From Prochlorococcus marinus subsp. pastoris str. CCMP1986 (lineage in GTDB: Bacteria > Cyanobacteriota > Cyanobacteriia > PCC-6307 > Cyanobiaceae), in contig NC_005072.1 of NCBI RefSeq assembly GCF_000011465.1, positions 630,001-662,000 of the forward strand: a stretch of DNA of 32,000 nucleotides. Reading direction: 5' to 3'. The notes beneath the pieces were generated by a model. The model saw only the letters and a list, made by a program, of their open reading frames with translations, did not search any database and was not told the origin of the DNA. Shown in pieces: positions 1 through 10,838 of this stretch. The position numbers were made by a program, and so were the translations under genes. The first letter of the stretch is position 1. Each line of letters begins with the position of its first letter.

Positions 1-1059
1 TCCTTCACCTGAATGAAATTGCTTGGTTACAGCATCCAGAATTGTTTGATAAGAGGGCTTTGTATGATAAACCCTTGTATGATTTGCCATTCTAAGAGCG
101 TCCTTTTCAGGATCGATTCTCCAATTACCTTCTTCGTCTTGACTCCATAGATTCTCTTTAGCTGAGGCTGCTTCTTTGTCATCAGATGCAAACTGCCTCA
201 TGCCAGCGCTTCTTCTTATATTACCTGCAACTATTGTTACAGCTGCTTCGTCAATAAGTAAGCAACACTCAACTGTATTTAGCTTTCTACCAATCGCTTT
301 TCCTAATAAAGAAGCAACTCGAGAGTATAGATCCTTTAATTTAATAGGATTCGCCATACCTCCAAAACCTTTTAATGATTCTCCTGCTGGCCTAATATCT
401 TCTAAGTTAATATGAACATTAACTTCTTTCTCAAGACTTTCATTGCTTGATGCTTCAAGAAGATATTTATAACTATCTACCCAGCCTCTTCTGCTATCCC
501 CAACTTTTATAAAAATATCGTTTCCTTTAATTTCTAAAGAAGATTTTTCCTGCCTTTGATCTTTAGGAGTTATTCCTACTTCGCTTACTGATTTAATAGT
601 TATTTTATTTTTTACTGTTGGAAGCTTATTTATAAAATGGGGCTCTATTATTGCTCCTGTGCCGCAACCCATCATTGCTAAATCCATCATTAAGGCAAAA
701 GCTTCCCAATCAATTAAATTTGTCGAAGTACAATTATATGCTCCTGAAAAATTCTGGTTTTTATTAATCCATGGAGTCCCTCCGATCCATAACCATCTTC
801 CAGATGGTTGAGCCTTTTGGTTGCTCTGCATTTCTCTCATTAACATCAATTCTTGATCAGAGAGTTTTCCTAATTCTTTTAATCCAGATAAATTTCTTTC
901 TCCAACTTCACTCCAATTCTCTCTTTTCCCGGAAACTGTCTTTCTGCTATATGACCTAAAGAAGACAGGATAAGCAGCAGGAGCTGTTTTTGGGAAGTCA
1001 TCTTTTCTAAGATTATTAGAATTGCTCTCAGAGGAAGCTTTATTTGGTGCAATTGTCAC
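1..1059 (-). CDS. nrdJ: Adenosylcobalamin-dependent (class II) ribonucleoside reductase, N-terminal part, truncated by left window edge
   Basis: Continuous reverse-strand reading frame from GTG at 1057-1059: VTIAPNKASSESNSNN...GRWLWIGGTPWINKNQNFSGAYNCTSTNLIDWEAFALMMDLAMMGCGTGAIIEP...NIRRSAGMRQF. Absent from the ORF track, presumably because it runs off the window edge. Confidence 0.85.
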   Translation of the reverse strand, partial: MTIAPNKASSESNSNNLRKDDFPKTAPAAYPVFFRSYSRKTVSGKRENWSEVGERNLSGLKELGKLSDQELMLMREMQSNQKAQPSGRWLWIGGTPWINKNQNFSGAYNCTSTNLIDWEAFALMMDLAMMGCGTGAIIEPHFINKLPTVKNKITIKSVSEVGITPKDQRQEKSSLEIKGNDIFIKVGDSRRGWVDSYKYLLEASSNESLEKEVNVHINLEDIRPAGESLKGFGGMANPIKLKDLYSRVASLLGKAIGRKLNTVECCLLIDEAAVTIVAGNIRRSAGMRQFASDDKEAASAKENLWSQDEEGNWRIDPEKDALRMANHTRVYHTKPSYQTILDAVTKQFHSGEG

Positions 1060-1191
1060 GATAAAAAAAGTATGTAAATTTACCCGTAAAGGAAGAATAA
1101 CTCTACCTGTGGCGTCTGCAACTATTCTTACCACTATTTAACGGTTTGTGTAAAAATATGTTTATTATGAAATCTTTGTTCACGGAAGTTT

Positions 1192-1887
1192 ATGGAAAGA
1201 ACTGTTGAACCTGAATTAATGGAAAGAGAAGATCAAGTTGATTCTTATGCTAAAGCTGACTTTTCAGAGGGAGAGAATAATCTTATTAGTCAAATAAATC
1301 ATTACTTGATTAAAAATAATATTTATTTGAGTGAAAAAGAATTGATTGTTGATTTAGGATGCGGGCCTGGCAATATTTCTGAAAAGTTATCAACTAAATG
1401 GCCTAATGCCAATGTTATTGGTATTGATGGCTCCAAAGAGATGATTCGAATAGCTGAGTTAAATAAAAAGAATTCCTTAAATCGGAGTCGATTAAAAAAT
1501 TTGCGTTACATTTGTGCAGATATAAAAAGCCTTAAATCAAGTGATATTTCTTTCGAAAAAAATATAAGTTTATTAGTCAGCAACAGTTTAATTCACCATA
1601 TTACTTATCTGGATGATTTTTTTAATTGCATAAAGAGATTATCAAGTGATTTGACTATAAATTTTCATAAAGATCTTAAAAGACCGATTGATGAACAATC
1701 AGCTTTATATTTAAAGGAAAAATGTGGGGAAAAATATAATGAAATTCTGACTAATGATTATTACGCATCATTAAAGGCTTCTTACACATCAAAGGAATTA
1801 AAAGATTTTATTTTTGAGAATAAATTATCCTCTTTAGAGGTGTTCGAAGAAGGTGATCAATATTTAGTCATTTATGGTAAGGTTTAG
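1192..1887 (+). CDS. Class I SAM-dependent methyltransferase
   Basis: 231 aa ORF with motif I LIVDLGCGPGNIS and IGIDGSKEMI. Confidence 0.8.
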   Translation: MERTVEPELMEREDQVDSYAKADFSEGENNLISQINHYLIKNNIYLSEKELIVDLGCGPGNISEKLSTKWPNANVIGIDGSKEMIRIAELNKKNSLNRSRLKNLRYICADIKSLKSSDISFEKNISLLVSNSLIHHITYLDDFFNCIKRLSSDLTINFHKDLKRPIDEQSALYLKEKCGEKYNEILTNDYYASLKASYTSKELKDFIFENKLSSLEVFEEGDQYLVIYGKV

Positions 1888-1916
1888 AGTTAATGGGATT
1901 GTTAAAATAGAATTTA

Positions 1917-3554
1917 ATGAGTTCAAGTACTGAAAACTTAAATAATAAAAATATCTTAGAGGCGGTAAATAAAAGAAGGAACTTTGCGATTATTTCACAT
2001 CCTGATGCTGGTAAAACAACTCTTACTGAAAAACTTCTTTTGTATGGAGGCGCTATACAGCAAGCAGGGGCAGTAAAAGCAAGAGGTAATCAAAGGAAAG
2101 CTACTTCTGATTGGATGGAACTTGAAAAACAAAGAGGTATTTCAATTACTTCAACTGTTTTGCAGTTTGAATATGAAAGATCAGTAATAAATCTGTTGGA
2201 TACCCCTGGTCACAAAGATTTTTCTGAAGATACATATAGAACTTTAGCTGCCGCAGATAATGCAGTAATGCTTGAAGATGCCGCTAAAGGATTAGAACCT
2301 CAAACAAGAAAATTATTTGAGGTATGCAGAATGAGAAAAATACCTATTTTTACTTTTATTAACAAGATGGATAGACCGGGCAGAGAACCTTTTTCGTTGC
2401 TTGATGAAATTGAATCAGAGCTTGGTTTGAATACTTTGCCCGTTAATTGGCCAATTGGTATAGGTGAGGAATTTAGAGGAGTTATTGATAGATTTACAAG
2501 AGAGGTTATTTTATTTGATAAAGCTGTTAGGGGGAAACAGTCAAATGAGAAAAGAATGAGTTTAGATGATAAAGAACTTTCAAAATATGTAGAGAAAGAA
2601 TTACTTGAGATCTCTCTTGAAGAGCTCGAGGTCCTTGATGAGGCAGGTTCGAAATTAGAAAAAGAAGAAATTTTTAATGGTTCACTTACTCCTGTTTTCT
2701 TTGGCTCGGCGATGACAAATTTTGGGGTAAGACCTTTTTTAGATAGTTTTTTAAAAATGGCTCAAAAACCAACTTCAAGAAATAGTAATAAGGGAGATAT
2801 TGAGCCTGCAAGCGATGAATTTAGCGGTTTCGTATTTAAGTTACAGGCAAATATGGATCCAAAGCATAGAGATAGAGTTGCTTTTATAAGAGTTTGTAGT
2901 GGAAAATTTGAAAAGGATATGTCAGTCAAGCACTCAAGAACAGGAAGAACTATTAGATTATCTCGACCTCAAAAAATATTTGGTCAAGACAGAGAAGTAG
3001 TTGATGATGCCTATCCTGGAGATGTAATTGGACTTAATAACCCTGGAATGTTTTCTATCGGAGATACTTTATATACAGGCGCTCATCTTGAATATGAGGG
3101 TATACCCTCCTTTAGTCCTGAAATATTTAGTTGGCTAAGAAATCCAAACCCTTCAGCATTTAAAAACTTTAGGAAGGGAGTAAACGAACTTCGTGAAGAA
3201 GGTGCTGTTCAAATACTTTATGACTTTGATGAGAGCAAAAGAGATCCTATCCTTGCAGCTGTTGGACAATTACAGTTGGAAGTAGTTATTCATAGATTAA
3301 AAAATGAATATGGTGTAGATGCCAATCTTGAATCTATGCCATATCAATTGGCACGATGGGTTTCAGATGGATGGTCTGCTATTGATGAATTAGGAAGGAT
3401 CTTTAATTGCAAAGTAGTAAAGGATTGCTGGAATAGGCCAGTAATCCTTTTTAAGAATCAGTGGAATCTTAATCAATTTATTGAAGATAATGAGAATTTA
3501 GACTTAAAAAAAGTAGCACCTGTTGTTAGTGGAGTGGAACCAATTGTTTTATAA
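1917..3554 (+). CDS. prfC: Peptide chain release factor 3
   Basis: 545 aa GTPase: [53 protein letters not shown]; RF3-type sequence throughout. Confidence 0.95.
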   Translation: MSSSTENLNNKNILEAVNKRRNFAIISHPDAGKTTLTEKLLLYGGAIQQAGAVKARGNQRKATSDWMELEKQRGISITSTVLQFEYERSVINLLDTPGHKDFSEDTYRTLAAADNAVMLEDAAKGLEPQTRKLFEVCRMRKIPIFTFINKMDRPGREPFSLLDEIESELGLNTLPVNWPIGIGEEFRGVIDRFTREVILFDKAVRGKQSNEKRMSLDDKELSKYVEKELLEISLEELEVLDEAGSKLEKEEIFNGSLTPVFFGSAMTNFGVRPFLDSFLKMAQKPTSRNSNKGDIEPASDEFSGFVFKLQANMDPKHRDRVAFIRVCSGKFEKDMSVKHSRTGRTIRLSRPQKIFGQDREVVDDAYPGDVIGLNNPGMFSIGDTLYTGAHLEYEGIPSFSPEIFSWLRNPNPSAFKNFRKGVNELREEGAVQILYDFDESKRDPILAAVGQLQLEVVIHRLKNEYGVDANLESMPYQLARWVSDGWSAIDELGRIFNCKVVKDCWNRPVILFKNQWNLNQFIEDNENLDLKKVAPVVSGVEPIVL

Positions 3555-3605
3555 AGTCCTATTGGATAATAAAATTGGTTAATCTATAGTCATTGTAAAA
3601 ATCAA

Positions 3606-4280
3606 TTGGATTCAAATAAAAGCAAAAATAATCCCGATAAAACACCCTATGAAATATTAGGTGTTGACGAAGGTGCCGATTTTGAAGATATACAAAAAGC
3701 AAGAGATCTTAAAGTTAAGGAAGCTGGTGAAGATCTACTACTTAAGGCAAAAATAGAATCATCTTTTGATCAATTGTTAATGGGTAGTTTGAAAGCAAGG
3801 CAGTCAGGTAATGTTAGTTTCGAAGCTCAAAATGCTTCTAAGAAAGAGAAACAAATTAATAAACTCATTAATAATGATTTCCCGCTTTTATCAAAAATAA
3901 AAAATTTGAATAATAATGGTAACAATTCAAACGAATATAGCCTTCCCAAAATAACCCCTCCATCTTTTGATAATCTTTCAATCAAATTATCTGTTGGATT
4001 ATTATTTTTGATAATACTTTTAATTAGTCCTGATTCTTACAACAGACTTCTGCTTTCTGTTTCAACTTTAATCCTTACTTATATTCAAATTAAATCAGGT
4101 AAAAAGTTTATTAGTTCTCTTGGATGGAGTGTGACATTTCTTTCAATAGGATTAATATTTGGAGGTTTATTTGAAACTAACTCATTTATTCAAGAAATAT
4201 CTAATAACTCTTTATCAATTCAAAAAATTCAAAGTTTACCAGCAATGATAATTTTGTGGATAGGAGTAATTTTCCTTTAA
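3606..4280 (+). CDS. CPP1-like / DUF3353 J-like membrane protein
   Basis: 224 aa, TTG start; N-term TPYEILGVDEGADFEDIQKARD resembles a J domain, followed by C-terminal transmembrane segments. Confidence 0.65.
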   Translation: MDSNKSKNNPDKTPYEILGVDEGADFEDIQKARDLKVKEAGEDLLLKAKIESSFDQLLMGSLKARQSGNVSFEAQNASKKEKQINKLINNDFPLLSKIKNLNNNGNNSNEYSLPKITPPSFDNLSIKLSVGLLFLIILLISPDSYNRLLLSVSTLILTYIQIKSGKKFISSLGWSVTFLSIGLIFGGLFETNSFIQEISNNSLSIQKIQSLPAMIILWIGVIFL

Positions 4281-4281
4281 A

Positions 4282-5184
4282 TTAATTTTTAATCATCTCT
4301 TTAATCTCTTCAGAATTTATTAAATATTTATTCTTGCAAAATTCGCAAACTAATTCGGCTTTTCCTTCTTTAATTAAAATATCTTTCAACTCGTTTTTAT
4401 CAAGCATTTTCATAGCATTTAAACTTCTCTGTCTAGAGCACCTACATTCAAATCTAACTTCTTGAGTTCGAGCTTTCTCGGAAATTGATTTATCGTCAAT
4501 ATCTGGAAATATATTTTTTATTAGTGAAAGAAGATTATCTTTTGATTTAAATAAGTCTTCACTAAAAGAATTAATTTCTTTACATCTTTCTTCAAGCAGC
4601 GAGACTAATAATGGATCAGTTTCTTTCTTTGGCAAAACTTGAGCTAACAATCCTCCGCTAGAAATAATATTTTTATTTTGAATCTTTTCCCCAATAAATA
4701 CAGCAGAAGGAGTCTGCTCAGAATGATATAAATAAGATGCTAAATCTTCAGCAATATTTCCATTAACTAACTCAACAGTGCTGGTAAAAGGTTCTCCAAA
4801 TCCATTATCCCGAATAACATTTAAATAGCCTGTCCCTAATGCTTTTGTGAAATCAAAAGAATATTGATTTTGCTTAGTTTTGACTAGATCTAATTCCAAA
4901 TTAGGATTCCCTACATAACCTCTAACTTTCCCATCTCTGCCCGCATCCACAAGTAATCCCTTTAAAGGGCCATCAGATCTTACTCTTAAAGTGACTCTCC
5001 CATGCATTACTTTCATCGAACTTGCTAAAAGAAGAGAGGCGCTGAAAGCTCTCCCAAGTATAGAGGTAGTTAGATAAGACAATCCATGCCTTTCTTTCGC
5101 TTCCATTGATGAATCTGTTGTTAATACCGCAACTAACCTTATTCCACCATTAGCCGCAGTTGCGCGTACAATTTTATCCCCCAT
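4282..5184 (-). CDS. hslO: Hsp33 redox-regulated chaperone
   Basis: 300 aa; starts [21 protein letters not shown]-terminal Zn centre [10 protein letters not shown]...CEFCKNKY. Confidence 0.93.
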   Translation of the reverse strand: MGDKIVRATAANGGIRLVAVLTTDSSMEAKERHGLSYLTTSILGRAFSASLLLASSMKVMHGRVTLRVRSDGPLKGLLVDAGRDGKVRGYVGNPNLELDLVKTKQNQYSFDFTKALGTGYLNVIRDNGFGEPFTSTVELVNGNIAEDLASYLYHSEQTPSAVFIGEKIQNKNIISSGGLLAQVLPKKETDPLLVSLLEERCKEINSFSEDLFKSKDNLLSLIKNIFPDIDDKSISEKARTQEVRFECRCSRQRSLNAMKMLDKNELKDILIKEGKAELVCEFCKNKYLINSEEIKEMIKN

Positions 5185-5866
5185 AATTTTTTTTCATTAA
5201 TTCTTTAATCTTTCCTTGTTCAAGAACTAATATTTTAGACGGTATCCCCTCGAATAATGAGGGTTCATGAGTAACGATAATTATTGTATTTTTATTTTTG
5301 AGATTCAGAACTAAATTCTTAACATCATTTTTCATTGACCAATCAAGCCCAGCAGTTGGTTCGTCAAGTAAAAGAATAGTTGGATTTCTCATTAGTTGAA
5401 CTGCTACAGCTAATCTTCTCTGTTGACCACCACTTAATTTCTCAGGAGGTTGAGTAAGATTTATATCTGATAGCCCAACTTTTTTTAAAACTTGCTCTAT
5501 ATTTTTTTCTCTTAATGATTTATAACCAATTTTTAATTCTTTTCCAATGGTTGTTCCTAAAAAGTATCTTTCTGGGAATTGGAATACTACTCCACTTATC
5601 CATCTTCTTTGCCTAGCAGTGATATTTTTATTTTTCCAAGTAATCTTTCCTTTCTGAGGAGTAATTAGTCCACTTATTATTTCCAATAGAGTTGTTTTCC
5701 CTGAACCACTTTTGCCACAAATTAATATAATTTCATTTTCATGAATATTGAAACTAATATCATCTAATATTTTTTTATTTCCTGTTTGAGGTTGATAAGT
5801 AATATCTTTTAAATCAAGCATTATTAATTTAGTTGTAGGTATAAAATTTAAACTTTGAATTATCAA
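5174..5866 (-). CDS. ABC transporter ATP-binding protein (energy-coupling-factor-like)
   Basis: 230 aa; Walker [15 protein letters not shown], signature LSGGQQRR, Walker [13 protein letters not shown]. Confidence 0.88.
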   Translation of the reverse strand: MIIQSLNFIPTTKLIMLDLKDITYQPQTGNKKILDDISFNIHENEIILICGKSGSGKTTLLEIISGLITPQKGKITWKNKNITARQRRWISGVVFQFPERYFLGTTIGKELKIGYKSLREKNIEQVLKKVGLSDINLTQPPEKLSGGQQRRLAVAVQLMRNPTILLLDEPTAGLDWSMKNDVKNLVLNLKNKNTIIIVTHEPSLFEGIPSKILVLEQGKIKELMKKNYGG

Positions 5867-5906
5867 CTTATAATAACTATATATCTAAAAAAAAATAACA
5901 GTAAAA

Positions 5907-6350
5907 ATGAATATTGCATTTAGAGAAGTTGATCCTTTTAATTGTTGGATTTGGATAAAATTCTTTGAAATTCCTACTGAAGCAGAAAAAAACTACTTAG
6001 ATGGAGTTTTTGATAGTTGGTATGTTTTAGGTAGGTTAGGTGGTTTTAATTCTGAAAATTTACAAACTCATGAAGAGGGTTCTGATTTAAGTTGGATGTC
6101 ATACGATAATGAGCAAAAAGAATCTGCCCTTCCTGCCTTAATGCATAATTTAGGTGTTATGGAATATCAAAATTTATGGTCAAGAAGTTGGGTTGATTTT
6201 GGAACTTCAGATTCACTTTCTATTGATATTTTAATAAATGCGTTAAATGAAATATCTAATAATTATGTAAAAATTGATGAATTAATAATTGGGGGAGAAA
6301 ATAGTGATTGGTCGATTGAGGAACATGAGGATTTGGTTTTTAAAAATTGA
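5907..6350 (+). CDS. Conserved cyanobacterial protein, DUF3531-like
   Basis: 147 aa ORF, sequence NIAFREVDPFNCWIWIKF...SYDNEQKESALPALMHNLGVMEYQNLWSRSWVDFGT. Confidence 0.65.
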   Translation: MNIAFREVDPFNCWIWIKFFEIPTEAEKNYLDGVFDSWYVLGRLGGFNSENLQTHEEGSDLSWMSYDNEQKESALPALMHNLGVMEYQNLWSRSWVDFGTSDSLSIDILINALNEISNNYVKIDELIIGGENSDWSIEEHEDLVFKN

Positions 6351-6359
6351 TTTTTATAT

Positions 6360-7133
6360 ATGGATGATTTAACAAGACTATTTATGCAGAATGAAAGAAT
6401 AATTAATAACAAGAACAATGATTTAAAACTTACAAATAATGAAGCGCGCTACATAAATAAAGTAATGCGAATAAAAATTGGTAAAGAAATATTTATCACT
6501 AATGGCGAAGGTTCATTATGGAAAGCTATAAACTTAGAGGACAATTATATAAAGATAAATGATATTAATAATCCTTATTTATTTCAAGAAAAAGAAAAAA
6601 TTTTATTAGGAATAGCTGTTGTTATTCCTAAAAATGGTGTTGAAGATATTCTAAAAATGTGTACTGAAATAGGAATTGATTTTATACAACCTTTGTATTC
6701 AGATAGACAAGTTAAGAAGTATACCAACTTCTCAAATAAACTTATAAGATGGAATTCAATTGTTAATGAAGCTGTTGAACAATGTGAGAGATTATGGAGA
6801 CCATCTATTTTGAGTGGTATTAATTTATTTGACTGGATAAATTCTCTAGAAAATAAAGATATTATTTCAGTATCTGTTACAAGAGATGATAGCACTGATA
6901 ATTTAAATCATTGGTTAAAAAAAAAGCAAAGTGTTTTGGATAAAAAAGGAGGAGTTTTATGGAATGTAATTGGACCGGAAGGAGGCTGGTCCCAAGGTGA
7001 AATTGAATTTTTTATTAAAAATAAAATTGCTTTTGTAAAACTTTCAGAAAGCATTTTAAGAACTTCAACAGCTACTGTTAATGCAACTTCAATTCTTAGT
7101 CAATGGCGTAATGATCTTAAATTAATTCTTTAA
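6360..7133 (+). CDS. rsmE: 16S rRNA (uracil-1498-N3)-methyltransferase
   Basis: 257 aa; VIGPEGGWSQGEIEFF and LRTSTATVNATSIL near C-terminus are RsmE/SPOUT hallmarks. Confidence 0.9.
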   Translation: MDDLTRLFMQNERIINNKNNDLKLTNNEARYINKVMRIKIGKEIFITNGEGSLWKAINLEDNYIKINDINNPYLFQEKEKILLGIAVVIPKNGVEDILKMCTEIGIDFIQPLYSDRQVKKYTNFSNKLIRWNSIVNEAVEQCERLWRPSILSGINLFDWINSLENKDIISVSVTRDDSTDNLNHWLKKKQSVLDKKGGVLWNVIGPEGGWSQGEIEFFIKNKIAFVKLSESILRTSTATVNATSILSQWRNDLKLIL

Positions 7134-7137
7134 AAAA

Positions 7138-7881
7138 ATGAATTTACTTTCTAATGATTTTTTATTTGGTTTTTTAATAAATTTTATTCTAATTTCTTTG
7201 TTTTTTAGAGTCCCATTGATGACAAAAGCGGGGTGGATAAGTGCTGGGGTATTAGGGTCTATTTTATGGGGATGTTTGTCATGGCAAGGTTGGATCTCTG
7301 TTGTAATATATTTATTTCTTGGATCTCTTGTGACAAAAATTGGTTATAAATTTAAAAACGAAAAAGGGATAGCTGAAAAAAGAGGTGGTAAAAGAGGTCC
7401 TGAAAATGTTTGGGGTTCGGCTGCAACAGGATTGTTTTTTGCAATAATGGTTAAATTGAATTTTACTAATTTAGTTTTTTACAAAATTGGTTTTGCTGCA
7501 AGTTTTGCCGCAAAGTTGGCAGATACTTTTGGTAGTGAAATAGGAAAAAGATTTGGTAGAAATACATATCTAATTACTTCGTTTAGAAAAGTTGAAAGAG
7601 GAACGGAAGGAGGAATTAGTTTAGAAGGCACAGCGGCAAGTTCCTTAGGCGCAATATTTATGTCATTAATAATGTTTATTTTAAATATTATCTCAACAAA
7701 ATATCAATTTTTGATAGTTGCAATTTCTGGTTTTTTAGCAACAATTTCTGAAAGTTTTATTGGAGCTAAATTTCAAGACAAATATAAATTAAGTAATGAA
7801 TTAGTAAATTCTATTCAAACAAGTATTTCTTCTGTAATTGCTATTTTTGTTCTAATTTTTTATCTCAAAGTTTCTACTTAA
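7138..7881 (+). CDS. DUF92 / TIGR00297 family integral membrane protein (phytyl-phosphate kinase VTE6-like)
   Basis: 247 aa membrane protein with KRGGKRGPENVWGSAATG, AKLADTFGSEIG and EGGISLEGTAAS motifs. Confidence 0.8.
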   Translation: MNLLSNDFLFGFLINFILISLFFRVPLMTKAGWISAGVLGSILWGCLSWQGWISVVIYLFLGSLVTKIGYKFKNEKGIAEKRGGKRGPENVWGSAATGLFFAIMVKLNFTNLVFYKIGFAASFAAKLADTFGSEIGKRFGRNTYLITSFRKVERGTEGGISLEGTAASSLGAIFMSLIMFILNIISTKYQFLIVAISGFLATISESFIGAKFQDKYKLSNELVNSIQTSISSVIAIFVLIFYLKVST

Positions 7882-7898
7882 ATTACCTTTTATCAAAA

Positions 7899-8543
7899 TT
7901 AGGATTCCTTCCATTTATTAAGAATATCCCAACTTTTAAGACGTTGATAAATCCAAAGATGTCCATGCGTATTTAAGTGTATACCATCCTCTGCGATCCA
8001 ATTCTTACTTCTGTTATCTGAGTACATTTCTCTAAAAGTTGGCAGAAAAGGGACATTTTGATTAATACAGACTTCTTCCATTCTTCTTTCATAAGAATGA
8101 CAGAAATCATTTGAATACCATAAACATCCAGCAAATGGCATTTTGTTTTCATCAACTGGGGTTAGCCCAATTACAAAAACTTGAGTTTGGGACTTCATTT
8201 CAAAAATTAATCTTTCTAATCCATACTCGAATCCATTTATCTCTAATTGGTGTCGCCCATTTTTTTGTCCAATTGTTGGTGTATCATTAAGACCCACATT
8301 TAAGAGGATAGCTTTGGGTTTATTTCTTCTTGTTTCTCCTCTTGACGACCATTCTTTTTCCCAACGTAAAGAAACCTTTTCAATTCCATCTCCTCTTACC
8401 CCTAGTGGATAAATAATTGGAAAATCATGAAATTTAGACCAATCTTTTCTTAGTCTTTCGCACCATCCTCCTCCTACAGTATCCCCCCATCCATATACTG
8501 AACTATCTCCGATTACAACCAATTGTTTTGGTAAAACAGGCAC
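7899..8543 (-). CDS. SGNH/GDSL-type hydrolase
   Basis: 214 aa; block I VVIGDSSVYGWGD, LLNVGLNDTPT, and DGIHLNTHGH catalytic D-x-x-H block. Confidence 0.85.
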   Translation of the reverse strand: MPVLPKQLVVIGDSSVYGWGDTVGGGWCERLRKDWSKFHDFPIIYPLGVRGDGIEKVSLRWEKEWSSRGETRRNKPKAILLNVGLNDTPTIGQKNGRHQLEINGFEYGLERLIFEMKSQTQVFVIGLTPVDENKMPFAGCLWYSNDFCHSYERRMEEVCINQNVPFLPTFREMYSDNRSKNWIAEDGIHLNTHGHLWIYQRLKSWDILNKWKES

Positions 8544-8593
8544 AAGATTCCTTTAAATTATTTCACTTGATTTGAGAAGATTTTTATTACTAA

Positions 8594-10096
8594 TCAAGTT
8601 AAATTAATTTTGATTTTACCATTTATTAATTCTCCAATTATTGCAATTGAGCTATAAGCAAACAAAATCACTATGACTTCTTCCCATGCAAATGAAGTCA
8701 ATGATTCTTGAAGTTGCCAACCTAAACCAACACTACCAATTACTCCCAGAATGGCTGTTTCTCTAATTATAATGTCTGATCTATAAGCACAATATGCTAA
8801 GTAACTATTTGCTTGTTTAACAAATAATCCGTAAAGCCAACTAGACCTCTTTGCAACTCCTAATGATTTCATTGCAATATATTGTTTATTATCTTGGTTA
8901 TGTAAATTCGCCAAAAGCAATTTGCTTGTTATAGCTGCGTTATGCAATCCTAATGTTATTGCTGCTAAAGATATTGAAGGATCATTAAACATTAAGAGTA
9001 TTAGGATTAATACAGGCGGTGGTATTAAACGAAATAAAAATGAGATTATTCTGATAATTGTAATTCCTATTTTATTATTGAAAATCAATATAAAAAGGGG
9101 AGGAAAACTTATAGCTATTCCAGTAGATAAAAGACATAAAACTATTGTTTCTAATAATAGCTTTAAAAAATCGTATGAAATAAAATTAACGTTTGATATC
9201 AAAAGATTATTGATTGAATTAAAAGGTATTGCATTTTTATTAAATATAAAATAAACAAAGAAAGATAAAGAAAATAAACTAATACAAAATAAAGCTATTA
9301 CAAAAGAGGTCAATAAATTCTTAGAAGTGTTAGAGAGGTTGAATCTTTTTAATAGTTTTTTTGAGATAATAATTAAAAAAGCTAAACCCCAAAGATAAGT
9401 CCATAGCTCTCGGAAATTCAAAGTTTGAAAGGACAAAAATATACTTGTGCCTATTCCTCCAACTCCAAACAATCCTAAAACTGCTGTACTTCTTATGGCA
9501 CATTCCAAACGGTATAACCCAAAATTTTTAAAGGTTTCTATCACTGGAGCCCAAACTAATGTTATTAAAGTGGAAGATTTAATACCATTAATTTGTTTAA
9601 TTGATTCAATAGTTTTAAGATTAATATTTTCTATTTGCTCACTAAAAACTTTTGCATTTATAGCAACATAAGGAATGCAAATAGCTATTATTCCAATTGA
9701 AAAATTTATACCATATATTTGCATTAATATAAGTCCCCAAATTATTTCATGAATCGATCTTATAAAAGTTAAAAATAAATTTAAAAATCTCTTTAAAAAT
9801 ATAGGTAAATTTAATATTTTATAAAAAATTTCTGAAGATAATATTCCAAAAATAACCCCAAATATAATACTTATTAGCCAACTAAAAAATGCAATAAAAA
9901 TAGTTTCATTTAATCTTTTTACTAAGGTGAAAATGATTTCATTATTAATTTTTGGATTAAAGGCAGAAATAATAAATTCTTTAAATAATTCAATTCCTCC
10001 AATATGAAAATTAATAAATAGTTCATAGGCTATAGGTATACAAACTAGTATTGGTAGAAAAGTTATTGACGAAGAATTTAATTTTAATTTATTCAA
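8594..10096 (-). CDS. phnE: Phosphonate/phosphite-type ABC transporter permease, tandem two-domain PhnE
   Basis: 500 aa, TTG start; two successive permease modules (RLECAIRSTAVLGLFGVGGIGT... and RSDIIIRETAILGVIGSVGLGWQL...), downstream of phnC and phnD. Confidence 0.85.
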   Translation of the reverse strand: MNKLKLNSSSITFLPILVCIPIAYELFINFHIGGIELFKEFIISAFNPKINNEIIFTLVKRLNETIFIAFFSWLISIIFGVIFGILSSEIFYKILNLPIFLKRFLNLFLTFIRSIHEIIWGLILMQIYGINFSIGIIAICIPYVAINAKVFSEQIENINLKTIESIKQINGIKSSTLITLVWAPVIETFKNFGLYRLECAIRSTAVLGLFGVGGIGTSIFLSFQTLNFRELWTYLWGLAFLIIISKKLLKRFNLSNTSKNLLTSFVIALFCISLFSLSFFVYFIFNKNAIPFNSINNLLISNVNFISYDFLKLLLETIVLCLLSTGIAISFPPLFILIFNNKIGITIIRIISFLFRLIPPPVLILILLMFNDPSISLAAITLGLHNAAITSKLLLANLHNQDNKQYIAMKSLGVAKRSSWLYGLFVKQANSYLAYCAYRSDIIIRETAILGVIGSVGLGWQLQESLTSFAWEEVIVILFAYSSIAIIGELINGKIKINLT

Positions 10097-10100
10097 TTAT

Positions 10101-10838
10101 CTAATAAATCTTGTTTAAATGATATTTTTTTAATTTAGTTTTCTCTAAATCAAATAATATTTCACCATTTTTCATTCCAATAATTCTATTAAAACCATCT
10201 AATAAATCTAATCTATGCAAAGAAATTAAAGTAGTGTTAGGAACTTTTATTTTATTTTTATTTTTAGTAATTAATAATAGATTTTTAATATTAGAAGTTA
10301 GTTTTGGATCTAAATTATTAAAAGGCTCATCAGCAAGTAGGATATCTGACTCTTGAATTAATGATCTTGCAATAGCAACTCTTTGTTTTTGGCCTCCAGA
10401 TATTTTTCTAATATTTTTGGAAAAAATAGATTTCTTAAGATTACAAACTTGCATATATTGATGAGCTTTATTAAAAGAACTTATATTTAGTAAATTTTTA
10501 AAAGCAAATAGGAAACTTTGTTTTCCAAGAAGTCCACAATTTACATTTTGTTCTGCTGATAGATCTTCTATTAATCTTAAATCTTGCCAGATAGTTGATA
10601 TCCTAATCTTTTGATGTAAGTTTAATTTATCAAATTCTGTATTAAATAATTTGACTCTACCTTTGTTAGGCTTGAGTGTTCCGTTAAGAATAGATATAAG
10701 AGTAGTTTTACCCGCGCCACTTTTGCCTAATAAGGCAATTTTTTCACCCGATTTAATTCGTAAACTTAACTTGTTTAAGGTGAAATTATTTTTATTTTTA
10801 TAGCTTACCTCTTTTAATTCGAGAAGAGTATTAATCAT
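10101..10838 (-). CDS. phnC: Phosphonate/phosphite-type ABC transporter ATP-binding protein
   Basis: 245 aa; LLGKSGAGKTTLISILNGTLKP, ISGGQKQRVAIARSL, ILLADEPFNNLDP. Confidence 0.88.
   Translation of the reverse strand: MINTLLELKEVSYKNKNNFTLNKLSLRIKSGEKIALLGKSGAGKTTLISILNGTLKPNKGRVKLFNTEFDKLNLHQKIRISTIWQDLRLIEDLSAEQNVNCGLLGKQSFLFAFKNLLNISSFNKAHQYMQVCNLKKSIFSKNIRKISGGQKQRVAIARSLIQESDILLADEPFNNLDPKLTSNIKNLLLITKNKNKIKVPNTTLISLHRLDLLDGFNRIIGMKNGEILFDLEKTKLKKYHLNKIY

Noticed and set aside
176-959. Track ORFs on + strand (176..415, 771..959)
   Set aside because: Antisense to the clear class II ribonucleotide reductase frame on the minus strand.
6584-6895. Minus-strand 103-aa ORF
   Set aside because: Antisense within rsmE, with no independent support.
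7973-8155. Minus-strand 60-aa ORF
   Set aside because: Alternative frame inside the SGNH hydrolase gene.
8922-9671. Plus-strand ORFs 8922..9254 and 9447..9671
   Set aside because: Antisense to the phnE coding sequence.
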